IMG/VR virus record: IMGVR_UViG_3300033148_006964
Coordinates: 96,001-160,000 of that record
Origin: a virus
DNA length: 64,000 bases
Strand: one strand, 5' to 3'
The position numbers were made by a program, and so were the translations under genes. Below the pieces are notes generated by a model that saw nothing but the letters and a program-made list of their open reading frames with translations, made no database searches and was not told where the DNA came from. Position 1 is the first letter of the stretch, and every line of letters begins with the position of its first letter. Positions 28,422-38,217 of the stretch are shown here, piece by piece.

Positions 28422-29093
28422 TCAATTCTCAGCTACTACTCCTTTATAAATGTAAATAAGACGTTTATACTCTTTCATAACTGATGTTTTATAATTTCCT
28501 ATATAGTTTTTAGTTTTTTCATTTACTTTTATATTTTTTTTATAATCAGGACCTCCCAAATATCTCCTAACGGCATGGGTAATTTTTGCTTGATGCGTAG
28601 TTTCATTACTAACAACATATCCATCTGAAAAATAAGATAATCCTATTACTAAGTTTAATAAATCATTCCAAAGAGTTTCGTTTTCTACATATTTAATATC
28701 AAGTTTTTTACATACCTCTTCAGCCGTACCTTCTAATATTTGAGCAATTCCTTTAGCTCCTCCTTCTGATTTTAATGTTGTTCTAAAATTAGATTCAATC
28801 CTTATAAGAGCGGCGTATACTTCCCAATCTACTCCCGTTGATTCTGCAAAATCATAAAATATTACACTATAGTATTTACCTTCCCAATGGGATAAACCAT
28901 AGGCAATGTGTAAAGTCTTTTCCATATTAATAATGGTCCGATCCTTTAGCTGATATTCTTTTATCAGTTCTTTACTAATTGCAAGATCAGTCTTAAGTGA
29001 TTTGTATCTTAACGTATAAATTTGATGAAATGCTATCATTCCAATAAAACTTATAAGTATAAAATGCGTTATAAATATTAAAAATTTTCTCAT
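28422..29093 (-). CDS. soluble lytic transglycosylase (SLT) with N-terminal membrane anchor
   Basis: ALIRIESNF (catalytic Glu), GAKGIAQI, N-terminal TM helix. Confidence 0.85.
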   Translation of the reverse strand: MRKFLIFITHFILISFIGMIAFHQIYTLRYKSLKTDLAISKELIKEYQLKDRTIINMEKTLHIAYGLSHWEGKYYSVIFYDFAESTGVDWEVYAALIRIESNFRTTLKSEGGAKGIAQILEGTAEEVCKKLDIKYVENETLWNDLLNLVIGLSYFSDGYVVSNETTHQAKITHAVRRYLGGPDYKKNIKVNEKTKNYIGNYKTSVMKEYKRLIYIYKGVVAEN

Positions 29094-29108
29094 ATATATT
29101 CCTTAATT

Positions 29109-29402
29109 TTATATTATTGAAACATCTATTAATTTTTTATCGACATTTAAACTTTCAAGTAAGACAACTATATTTCTTATGGTTTTACAATCAATAAATA
29201 TCTCTGTATTAATATCGATTTCAAAGTTATCTTCTATTTCCATAAAAAGTTCTATCTGATCAAGAGAATCAATACCAAGGTCAGATTCAAGATGACTGTC
29301 CATAATTATTTTTTCTTTTTTAATGGACAGTCTCTCAGATATTATATCAACTAGCTTTAACATTATTTTCTCTTGGTAACTTAAGCTTATTCCAGACATC
29401 AT
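29109..29402 (-). CDS. acpP: acyl carrier protein
   Basis: DLGIDSLDQIELFMEIEDNFEI with the phosphopantetheine Ser. Confidence 0.85.
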   Translation of the reverse strand: MMSGISLSYQEKIMLKLVDIISERLSIKKEKIIMDSHLESDLGIDSLDQIELFMEIEDNFEIDINTEIFIDCKTIRNIVVLLESLNVDKKLIDVSII

Positions 29403-29742
29403 CTTCTAAAAAAGCGACTCTTGATTCGCCAATATTATCACCGAATATTTCCTTAGCTGCCTTTTCTTTTATAAGCGCCCATCCCCCTGTACGATATGGA
29501 CTATCTTTATTTGTTCCATTTCTTACTGATATAAAGATAACCCCTTGTTTCATATATTCCTTGCATTTGTCACATGGTTCATAATCAAAAACACATTTTC
29601 TTGGAGCCTCTTCATCATTCTTTAAATGACCAAGTAATAGAACTTCTTTTTTGTCTTCTCCACAAAAAAAACATTTAGGTATAACTGGGTTAAGTCCATG
29701 TTTTTTACTTATTCTTAATGACATACTATTCCCCACCCCCAA
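29347..29742 (-). CDS. phage hypothetical protein, CxxC pairs
   Basis: CFFCG...PCDKC. Confidence 0.6.
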   Translation of the reverse strand: MGVGNSMSLRISKKHGLNPVIPKCFFCGEDKKEVLLLGHLKNDEEAPRKCVFDYEPCDKCKEYMKQGVIFISVRNGTNKDSPYRTGGWALIKEKAAKEIFGDNIGESRVAFLEDDVWNKLKLPRENNVKAS

Positions 29743-30235
29743 CTTAAAAAGGTACTTATAGTTTTCTTATTACCACCAGTAATCGGTTTATGTTTAATAA
29801 TCATATAACCATTTTCCGTTGCTAATTTACAAAATCTTTTAAAATGAGATTTACTTTTCCATATTGGAAGATCTTTAGTGAGACAAATTTCTAAGTGTCC
29901 TTTTTTAGCATTTACTCTAACGCTATGATCAATATACTTTAAAAACGTTTGATATTCTGCTTCTGTAATTCCAATATCTTTACTTTCAGCAGTATTTGAT
30001 ATTTCTCTTGCTATTTTAGCTGTTATCATATTGTATCCTCTGTTATAAATAAAAAAGCTGATAAAATATCAGCTTTAAATTTCTACGCCATTCCATAGAT
30101 CATCAAGAAAACATTCTGAAATTTCCTGCATAGCTTTCTCATCATTGATTTCTTGCTGTTCCGGGGCGTGGATTCTTGGATTGTACCCTATTCCCATTTT
30201 TGTTTCCTCCTTAAAATATTAATATTTTCAATATA

Positions 30236-30264
30236 GTTATACCATATTATTAAAATAAATAACA
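30236..30264 (-). promoter_or_regulatory. phage promoter motif copy 6
   Basis: TGTTAT-N17-TATAAC-TATA. Confidence 0.7.
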
Positions 30265-30267
30265 ATG

Positions 30268-30708
30268 CTAAAAATTGCCATCGGCGACTTGTAAACAACA
30301 TATTCCAAGCCCACGCCACTTTTGTACCATTATTTTTCTATCTTCCAAAACTAAAGCAATTTCATCAAATTCTATTCCAGCATCTTCTAATAATTCTGGT
30401 TTAACTATAGTATCATGTCTCACGTCTTTATCTTTTCTTAAAAGAACACGATAAGCTGGGTATACATTATTTTGCCATAACCATTCTATAGTTTTTCTTC
30501 TAGTTGATTCTCTTCTAGTAGAACAAATAATAATAGTATATTCTGCAGCTAACAATCTAACAAGATCTATAATCACCTGTACAGGTTCGTCTTCGTCACA
30601 AGTATCATAAAAGGCATCCCAATTTTTAGGTTTTTCAGTGATATATTTAAGTCTTGGCCCAATCTTACTTAATGTACCGTCAATGTCAACTACTACATAT
30701 TTTTTCAT
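30268..30708 (-). CDS. HAD phosphatase, polynucleotide kinase 3'-phosphatase-like
   Basis: VVVDIDGTL, CSTR, RHDTIVK, VLEDR, WRGLGICCLQV. Confidence 0.85.
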   Translation of the reverse strand: MKKYVVVDIDGTLSKIGPRLKYITEKPKNWDAFYDTCDEDEPVQVIIDLVRLLAAEYTIIICSTRRESTRRKTIEWLWQNNVYPAYRVLLRKDKDVRHDTIVKPELLEDAGIEFDEIALVLEDRKIMVQKWRGLGICCLQVADGNF

Positions 30709-30716
30709 GATTCTTT

Positions 30717-30959
30717 TTATCCCCTTTGTTCAGCTATAGCATCACGTAATAATTTTTGAAACTCTTTAAAAACTTTATTCTTATTAAAACTTACTAAATT
30801 AATATTAGAAGAAGTTTCATAGGTTGTATGTTTTGCTTTACATTTTTGACAGGATCTGCGTCTTCGTATATATAACCCATCGGGATGAGATCTTGAATCT
30901 ATTACTTCCGATATACGGTGGCCACATTCTGGACACTTTATTCCTTCTGCTTTTTCCAT
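30717..30959 (-). CDS. NrdR-like zinc-ribbon protein lacking the ATP-cone
   Basis: KCPECGHRISEVIDSR....IRRRRSCQKCKAKHTTYE, then ends at 80 aa. Confidence 0.75.
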   Translation of the reverse strand: MEKAEGIKCPECGHRISEVIDSRSHPDGLYIRRRRSCQKCKAKHTTYETSSNINLVSFNKNKVFKEFQKLLRDAIAEQRG

Positions 30960-30980
30960 AATATTTTCCTTTTAAGTTTC

Positions 30981-31427
30981 TTATGTTTTGTTACGTTCTT
31001 TTATAAGATCTCTCATTTCATTTATAATGGGCATCCTCTTCGTGTCTTCCAATAAAACGAGCTTAAAGTCTTCTTCCGATATACCTGCATCTAAAATATT
31101 TACAGCAGCTATATGAGCTGCAGAGGAAATGCTATATGCCTCTTTAACAATTTCATCGGTTCTTTTTTGTACTGAGCTCCTATTTTCATTTAAAGCCTTC
31201 TTCATATCTTCGGAGTTTTCAGGATAATACATACCAGGCTCAATTATTTTAACGTCAACCATTTTATATATTTCAATATATTCTGAACCACAATCATAAC
31301 AACGTACTTCTTCTGATGCATTACCACTACTATCAGCAAGCACTTTTTCACCAGTACTAGTAATATTGTTTGATCCACATATAAAACAAGTCATAGGATC
31401 TTTAATCTGTTCTCTTTTTGATTTCAT
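30981..31427 (-). CDS. zinc-ribbon protein (paralog of 21690..22073)
   Basis: CFICGSNNI...CYDCGSEY..IYKM. Confidence 0.6.
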   Translation of the reverse strand: MKSKREQIKDPMTCFICGSNNITSTGEKVLADSSGNASEEVRCYDCGSEYIEIYKMVDVKIIEPGMYYPENSEDMKKALNENRSSVQKRTDEIVKEAYSISSAAHIAAVNILDAGISEEDFKLVLLEDTKRMPIINEMRDLIKERNKT

Positions 31428-31816
31428 TTTTTTTGTCTCCGTTTTAATCTGTTTGCTTTAATGCTTCATTACATAAAAGCCTTATCCCTGAAAGCTTATC
31501 TGCGATAACACATTCTTTGCATGTTAATACATCGATTATTTGCATTGCTAATAAATGATGCGGTGCAGCCATTTCTTCAAAATTTGTTTCTGCAAGTTTT
31601 TTTTTAATGATTTTTTTAACGTAATCACGAACTTCATAATCTGATGGAAACACTACTTCATTGCTCCAAAGATGTATATCTTTTCCATTATCATCAAATA
31701 CCTTTTCTCGTCCACAATCATTATTTACTTTTAATAAAAGATTATCATCTTTATCATAAAATAATTTTCCTATTTCAACTTCTTCAAATTTCATATAAAA
31801 TCCTTTTTAAAAGATA

Positions 31817-32033
31817 GATGTAGATATAGTGACTTCACAAAACTATATCTACATCCTGGTCATTGCAACTACAATTGACATACAGACAAATATTTTAAAA
31901 TTACAGCGGGGAGGGTGCAAAAGCTGCTCGGTTAATAGCTTTCTTATTAACCGGCGCGTTGTACCTCCCCTAGGTAGTTTTTAAATATTATGCTGTGGTA
32001 CTAACTTAGTCTTTCACTTGTTGAAACAACAAG
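31817..32033 (-). ncRNA. candidate structured intergenic RNA
   Basis: 14-bp perfect hairpin 31817-31855; long GGGGAGG/CCTCCCC hairpin 31908-31970; GUUUC hairpin 32017-32033. Confidence 0.45.
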
Positions 32034-32075
32034 CATTTAAACTTGCAACTTTTATCGTCTATAAATTACTTTGGT

Positions 32076-32492
32076 TCAATCAATGTCTTCAACATCGTCT
32101 TCAGGATCGTCCAGGTCATCAAGAATACTCTTAAGCTCGTCTTCAGACTTACCTTCGAGAGACTCCCCTTGTTTCTTCTCAATAATTTCGAGAATTCGCT
32201 GTTTTTTAGCTTTTCTTTCAACAACCTTCTCGCACTTCTCCTTATGTGCTTTCTTGGCTTCAAGGACATTTAGAACAATCTTAAATTTGAGTTTAATTGT
32301 TCTTTCGCCACTTTTAGGGCCTTCCAAGAAATCCTCTTCCTCAAACTCTTTTATTTTCTTGTTCAAGCTTTTGCACAGTGAGTTAAGGTCTTCCAAACTG
32401 AGATCCCATAGATCCTCTGTTGATATATATCCACCAGGTATGTCAAACCTCAGCTTTACCTTTGCAGCTCTTGCAAACATTTCCATAGTCAT
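32076..32492 (-). CDS. phage hypothetical protein, partner of 32531..34561
   Basis: KLRFD...ISTEDLWDLSLEDL pattern. Confidence 0.7.
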   Translation of the reverse strand: MTMEMFARAAKVKLRFDIPGGYISTEDLWDLSLEDLNSLCKSLNKKIKEFEEEDFLEGPKSGERTIKLKFKIVLNVLEAKKAHKEKCEKVVERKAKKQRILEIIEKKQGESLEGKSEDELKSILDDLDDPEDDVEDID

Positions 32493-32530
32493 AATACTTT
32501 CTCCTTATTGTTAATGAAATTATTTAGTAG

Positions 32531-34561
32531 TCACACTACTATTTTAATTGTTCTTGAAAAATTACCATCAACCTTAGCAATAATATCATTGTGTTGAGTT
32601 GATGAGAAACCAATTCCTGATAATTGCTTATCAGATTCATTTACTCTCATTTTTGAACCTAAAGCTTCAAATACGCGCTTATGGGTCAAAAGATCTTCTT
32701 TAAGAAATTCATTATAGAATCCCCTTGGAAGAGAGTCACTTTTACACTTTTCCAGGAAAAAGAAATAATGTTTGTTTCCAATCCCTTTCTGCCCGTCCCA
32801 GTAGTTTGGGCTAAACATAAGAGATAATACCTTATGAAAAGTATTTGTCTTTACTCCCCAGATCTCACGAGAAGATGCTTTTGAATCCAGCGACTTAATA
32901 AACTTAATACCATCTGTTTTGCTGAATTCTATTTCTGCAACAACAACATCTTCCTTGTGTCGAAGTTCTTTATCATAGTTGTATGTATAGATCTGACCAT
33001 CATACTCTATTTCTGCAGAAAAACCACTTGTGCCGCCATTGTGAGAATAATTACGGACATAGAACTTATATTTTCCTTCTTTCATCTTATTAATATCTGT
33101 CCATACGATGTTTTCAACAGCCGCTACATTTGTTATAGGGTCGGTAATATCGACATCAAGCATTCCTGACGACGGATGACATTTTCCATGGCTTGGATAA
33201 TAAATATGGTTTCTGTTAGGCTCGACACAATGGGCATCAAAATCGTTTTTATTATCAACCTGATCATTCCATTGTATAGAAAACCTCAAAACACCATCTA
33301 CATTACCACCAGCATTCTTAACACGCTGTTTCATGCTATCGGTGATATCTCCATTGTATGACCAGCCGAAGTTATTGCTCCACTTCAGCATACTTGGAGC
33401 TCCTTTGTTAATAGGCGCTATCAAGCTCATCATATTACCCTGGTGTTTTGATTCAAGCATCAACTCAATATTTTTAGACTTAGGGATGATCTTATTTACA
33501 AAATCATCCATATTGACCTCTTCAACCCTGCTAAAACTTCGAGGATTTACTCCAGCATCATCTTTTAAGCCCTCAAATACAGATTGACCACGGTTTTTAA
33601 CATCTCTGTCAACAAATAATACGTTATTAACATTAATATCATCGATTGTAGCAAACCTTCTTCCCAAAGAATCAAGATAACCGAGTTCCTGGATCTTCTT
33701 TTCAGCTTCTTCAACCATTCTCTTGGTGAAGATAGCTTTCGGGCGCTTATAATTAGTGGGAGCCATAACTTTTTCAAACTTAGTCACAGCATTGTCTAAT
33801 TCAACGCCTGCTGAAAGATCTATCAACAATGTCCCTAATGCAGTATTTCTTATTCTTGCTATTGGACTACTTGCTGATATCAACCAACACCAATTATCCT
33901 TTTGTCCCTTTGGAACTTTGTCATATTCATCTTTAGCCTTAATAAAAGCATATATATTGCTTTTATATTCTTCACCACGATATAACGAACCCTGGTCGAT
34001 CAATTCTAATATTGTCTGTCCGGCATCTATAGTTAATTCTTCCATAGATCTTTTAAAAACATTCTTAGAATCTCTGAAATTACTCATTATTCCAGATATT
34101 TCCGCAGGTTTTTTGATAAACTTCTTAGGAAGTTTTGTATGAAAATGCTCCCATACATGCACAGACCCATCTTCAAGAAGCTGTCGCGTCTTATCTGCTC
34201 CTAAATTTGCTTCTGAAGACACAAATATATCTCTTATTATAGCTCGTTTCACAAGCTTAGAAAGGGCCTTAGCGACAGCGTTGTAAGGATGAGACAGATC
34301 TTCTATATCCCATATTGATATAGGTTTATTATCTTTGATTGCAACGACATTTCCGATTTTCCGTATAAATGTTTTACAACAGTTGCAATCATATTCACAT
34401 CTTTCTTTATGGATTACATTTGTTCCTTCGGGGAAAGATTGTAAATAAGTATCCCAAAGTTGTTCCTTCGATACATTAGCCACAAATAGTCTATCATTAT
34501 CTTTAATAATAGCATCTAAATGGCTTTTCATTGCTTTTTTAAAATCTTTAAATTCAGCCAA
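32531..34561 (-). CDS. large phage protein with N-terminal CxCC and a YfaP/DUF2135-like beta domain
   Basis: YDCNCCKTFIR; FSIQWND..DFDAHCVEP...MLDVD...VENIVW. Confidence 0.6.
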   Translation of the reverse strand: MAEFKDFKKAMKSHLDAIIKDNDRLFVANVSKEQLWDTYLQSFPEGTNVIHKERCEYDCNCCKTFIRKIGNVVAIKDNKPISIWDIEDLSHPYNAVAKALSKLVKRAIIRDIFVSSEANLGADKTRQLLEDGSVHVWEHFHTKLPKKFIKKPAEISGIMSNFRDSKNVFKRSMEELTIDAGQTILELIDQGSLYRGEEYKSNIYAFIKAKDEYDKVPKGQKDNWCWLISASSPIARIRNTALGTLLIDLSAGVELDNAVTKFEKVMAPTNYKRPKAIFTKRMVEEAEKKIQELGYLDSLGRRFATIDDINVNNVLFVDRDVKNRGQSVFEGLKDDAGVNPRSFSRVEEVNMDDFVNKIIPKSKNIELMLESKHQGNMMSLIAPINKGAPSMLKWSNNFGWSYNGDITDSMKQRVKNAGGNVDGVLRFSIQWNDQVDNKNDFDAHCVEPNRNHIYYPSHGKCHPSSGMLDVDITDPITNVAAVENIVWTDINKMKEGKYKFYVRNYSHNGGTSGFSAEIEYDGQIYTYNYDKELRHKEDVVVAEIEFSKTDGIKFIKSLDSKASSREIWGVKTNTFHKVLSLMFSPNYWDGQKGIGNKHYFFFLEKCKSDSLPRGFYNEFLKEDLLTHKRVFEALGSKMRVNESDKQLSGIGFSSTQHNDIIAKVDGNFSRTIKIVV

Positions 34562-34777
34562 TTTAATCCTCCTTGTTCATTTTTTTATATTTAATTTCCA
34601 AACATTGTATAAATAAACTCCATATTATTTTTACACCACATTGTTAAAACAATCAGTATTATTATAATTGATATTGCTATGATTGGTATTGCGTCACGAT
34701 CTTCAATAAATTTCATATGTTTTCTTTTCTTTGATATAATTAACTTAACTTTATCCATAATATTTTCCACTACAGGT

Positions 34778-35503
34778 TTAAGTAATAAAAAGTTGGCCGG
34801 TATTTACTTAATTTTTTACATACCTTTAAACGTTATTTGTTAAGCTTCCGCTTTGTTGATCCTTTTGCTCGCTGTTTTACAAGCCTGCGAGCAGCCTTAA
34901 CAAGCTCAATGGCCCAAGAGTTTTCTGGTAAAGCTCTGAGACAAGCACCATGGATTCCGAAAGACACCTGAACCGGTTGATAATTTTCTGCATTCTCAAT
35001 TAAGAAAGTTAATTCATTTTGGCTTATCTTCATATTTTTTTCTATCTCCTATTAAATTTTTATAATTTTTTTTATCTTTATATACATCAAAAATAGAATT
35101 TTCTAATCTTCTTATAACCCTGTGTACAGCATTAGGTAAATCTTTCTTGTTTATATATCTTTCACTTATCAGTTCCTGTAGTTCAGAAAGCAAAGACTCA
35201 CATACTTCATGAAATGCACATTTATCAATTTCTTCCCTTGATGGCTTTTCTTTTATCCAATTTTCAGAATAAAATATTGCTATCATTCCTGAGCCTTCAT
35301 CTAGATCATGCCAATATGCTGATGTTCTTGCACTTCTTTTTGATTGTGATCCTATAGTTAATTCAAAATCATATAGTTTAAATATTTCAAAGAAGTAAAA
35401 TCTTACACGTTTTTCAAAATATTCAATAAGTTTTTTCTTAGGAATATTTATCATTTAGTTTCTCCATGCTTAAGTAATAAAAAGTTGGCCGGTATTTACT
35501 TAA
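34778..35503. repeat. identical 34-bp direct repeats (34778-34811 and 35470-35503)
   Basis: TTAAGTAATAAAAAGTTGGCCGGTATTTACTTAA twice, flanking two ORFs. Confidence 0.9.
35014..35454 (-). CDS. putative metallopeptidase-like protein
   Basis: CAFHEVCE, an HExxE variant. Confidence 0.35.
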   Translation of the reverse strand: MINIPKKKLIEYFEKRVRFYFFEIFKLYDFELTIGSQSKRSARTSAYWHDLDEGSGMIAIFYSENWIKEKPSREEIDKCAFHEVCESLLSELQELISERYINKKDLPNAVHRVIRRLENSIFDVYKDKKNYKNLIGDRKKYEDKPK

Positions 35504-36345
35504 CTTTTACTAAAATTAAATCCACCCTTCAACTAAATCAGATTTTTTAGTACGGGCCGCAGTATACTCATAATAATGTTTCCAATCTTTACCACAATTA
35601 TATACAACAAAGACATAGTCTTTACCAGATATACTTTTTATTCTACCATGTTCTACTTTAAAATCCGTTTTATAAGTAACATATTGACCTATAGAATATT
35701 CAAATTTTTTATTCACATTAATTCCTCACACTACTCTTTTTTCAAGAATAGCAATTTCTTTTTTAATTTTTTCAATCTTTGATTGTATTGATTCTTTAGT
35801 GTGTCCAAGTGCTATTAGATCCTCACCTTGAAGATAATTCGTATATTTCTTAAGATCTTTTTTACGGGCTTCTAACGCTACTTCCTGACGATTCTTTTTA
35901 GCTGCTTTGCCTCTCATAATAATCTCCTTAATTAAATTTTGATAATATTTTTTATCCTCATTATAATTATTCCATAAAATTAGGGATTATAACTTAAATG
36001 TGATGGTTAAAAAAGAGCAACCATTAATATAGTTGCTCTTTATTATTTTAAATAATGTTCTTATTACCAGGATATATAAAATGTGTCAGGTTGAGAGTGA
36101 ATAAAACCATATTTACCATTTGATAGCTGTTTAGTAATTTCTATAAATATTTCTTTATCATTAAGATCTTTATAGTCATGATGACTCATATCTATTCGGA
36201 CATTAAACTCACCATTATTCATGGCGTATCTTATATCCTTTTCAATAATATTTATAAGAACAAGTAAGCGTGGATCTTCCAGAATTTTATTGCTTAAAAC
36301 AACCTTATTTGCCATTTCGTTGACTTCTTTTGCGGACAACATAAT

Positions 36346-36888
36346 CTACTCCTTATAATCACAATTTTTAACGTAATATTTATTTTTATACTTAAACACG
36401 CAATCATCAGAACTTATATCAACATCTGCACTTGAGACGGTTTTTCCGTCTTTAGTTATTATAGTAACCCTATCAACATGGCCATATCCACCTGCACTGA
36501 AATTAAATGTTTTAATCTCACCAAAAAATACAGCTTGTTTGCGAGCATCTGCTATATTAAGTGATGTTTTTACTCCTAATATTAACACACAAGATACAAT
36601 AATTATTATGAGAATTTCTATTAGTGTAATACTACCACAATTATTTTTCTTAAGTGGTAAAATTATAAGTTTAATTAACTCTCCAACTTTTGAAAATACA
36701 AAAAACATAGCTACGATAATTATACCAATAACTGAAACGGGCCATGCTAGTGAAAGTAAAGCTATTAACACCCACAATTCACTTCCTGTAACACCAAACA
36801 TTACTCCTGATACTATTATACCAAGTAATGCTGGAATAAGATAACCTATTACCATAAAAAAATCTGAATATTGTGTTGCTTCCGTCAT
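36346..36888 (-). CDS. membrane protein with internal prepilin-like motif
   Basis: Two TM helices, then GSITLIEILIIIIV. Confidence 0.45.
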   Translation of the reverse strand: MTEATQYSDFFMVIGYLIPALLGIIVSGVMFGVTGSELWVLIALLSLAWPVSVIGIIIVAMFFVFSKVGELIKLIILPLKKNNCGSITLIEILIIIIVSCVLILGVKTSLNIADARKQAVFFGEIKTFNFSAGGYGHVDRVTIITKDGKTVSSADVDISSDDCVFKYKNKYYVKNCDYKE

Positions 36889-37562
36889 AATTTTTTCTCC
36901 TTTATACTGATTTTATAAAAAGCTTTCTATCTGAACGCCATTGGTATCCAAATTGTCTTCTTAACTCATCAAAAAAGTCTGTAAGCTCATGCTCGGCTAT
37001 TGTGTCAAACATTTCACGATCGGTTTCACAGTTTTGGTCTTGTGCAAAACTTCTCGCAAGCTTAAGCGCTTCGGCTTTATTTAGATGTATTGCTTTCATT
37101 TTTATTCCCTTTCTTTGTTTATTCTTCTTCTGGTACCCCATATTTAGCCTCAAGAATACCCTCAATTCTTATTATTTAATCACATCATCCTTTTGTTCAT
37201 AAGCGCAGCGTTCAATTATTATACCTTTGCATGGATAAGTAGTACCTGGATAACTTTCACTATTGCCCATCATTATAAAATTATCTGCTAATCTAAAACT
37301 TTCGTTAATAGCACCCTTATCTGTATAACCATCTTCCATACGCCTTTCCATAAGTTTTTGATAAATGGGGAGGGCTATAGACATACGTTTATTAATACGT
37401 TGTTGGTCAAGACTTTCTTTACAATCCTTTGACATATTATATCTCCTTTAATTGGTAACATAAAAACGATAACATTTGTCACACGGTTTACTAATAGATA
37501 TACCATGTTTACATTTTCTTCTAGCCTTAAGTGATTTTTCTTTGTTAGCAATTATGTTTGAT

Positions 37563-37922
37563 CTAATTTTTTGATTTTGTGTTACTACTTTCATCACGTT
37601 CTATTACTTTCTTTAGAAAATCAATTTCATCGTTGCATAACTTGAAGAGTTTTTTAGTAACTTTATATCTTTTATTTTTAGAAGAAAATATATAAAATAA
37701 ATATTTTATAAATTTATAATATGGTGTACCAACACAAGTATTACCAGAAAATAATAATACAGGACATTGATAACATTTAGTAAATTTATTACAATAAGGA
37801 CACTCTTTTTTCCTTATCCTTTTATAAAGTTCATAACTACATTTTTCTCCAATATTCTCCTCAATCATCTTAGCTCGTTCAGTCCAGATATCTAAAACTT
37901 TTTTATTAATCTTTTTCATCAT
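37563..37922 (-). CDS. Cys-rich paralog family A member
   Basis: INKKVLDIW...CPYC...CYQCP...C.GTPY...LCNDEIDFL. Confidence 0.75.
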   Translation of the reverse strand: MMKKINKKVLDIWTERAKMIEENIGEKCSYELYKRIRKKECPYCNKFTKCYQCPVLLFSGNTCVGTPYYKFIKYLFYIFSSKNKRYKVTKKLFKLCNDEIDFLKKVIERDESSNTKSKN

Positions 37923-38217
37923 ATTCTATCACTTTCTTTAAAAAATAAATTTCATCATTACATAACTTAAGGAGTTTTTTAGTAATATGAGAAGGTTTAT
38001 AACAAACAAAAGTTTCATAAGGTGTATTATAACAATTTCTATGTCCAAAATTTGCTATTGGGCAATCAACACAAGCTGATCTTTGTGAACAATAAGGACA
38101 TGGTGTTAACATATATTTATTACGAAAAGATATAGTATAACCTTCACCTATATAATTTTCAATAACTTTTGCTCGTTTAGTCCAAATATCTAAGACTTTT
38201 TTATTAATTGCTTTCAT
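37906..38217 (-). CDS. Cys-rich paralog family A member
   Basis: INKKVLDIW...CPYC...CVDCP...CYNTPY...LCNDEIYFL. Confidence 0.75.
   Translation of the reverse strand: MKAINKKVLDIWTKRAKVIENYIGEGYTISFRNKYMLTPCPYCSQRSACVDCPIANFGHRNCYNTPYETFVCYKPSHITKKLLKLCNDEIYFLKKVIEYDEKD

Noticed and set aside
30268-30708. HAD phosphatase as KdsC completing the KDO pathway
   Set aside because: Motifs fit the PNK 3'-phosphatase type rather than the DVDGVLTDG KdsC pattern
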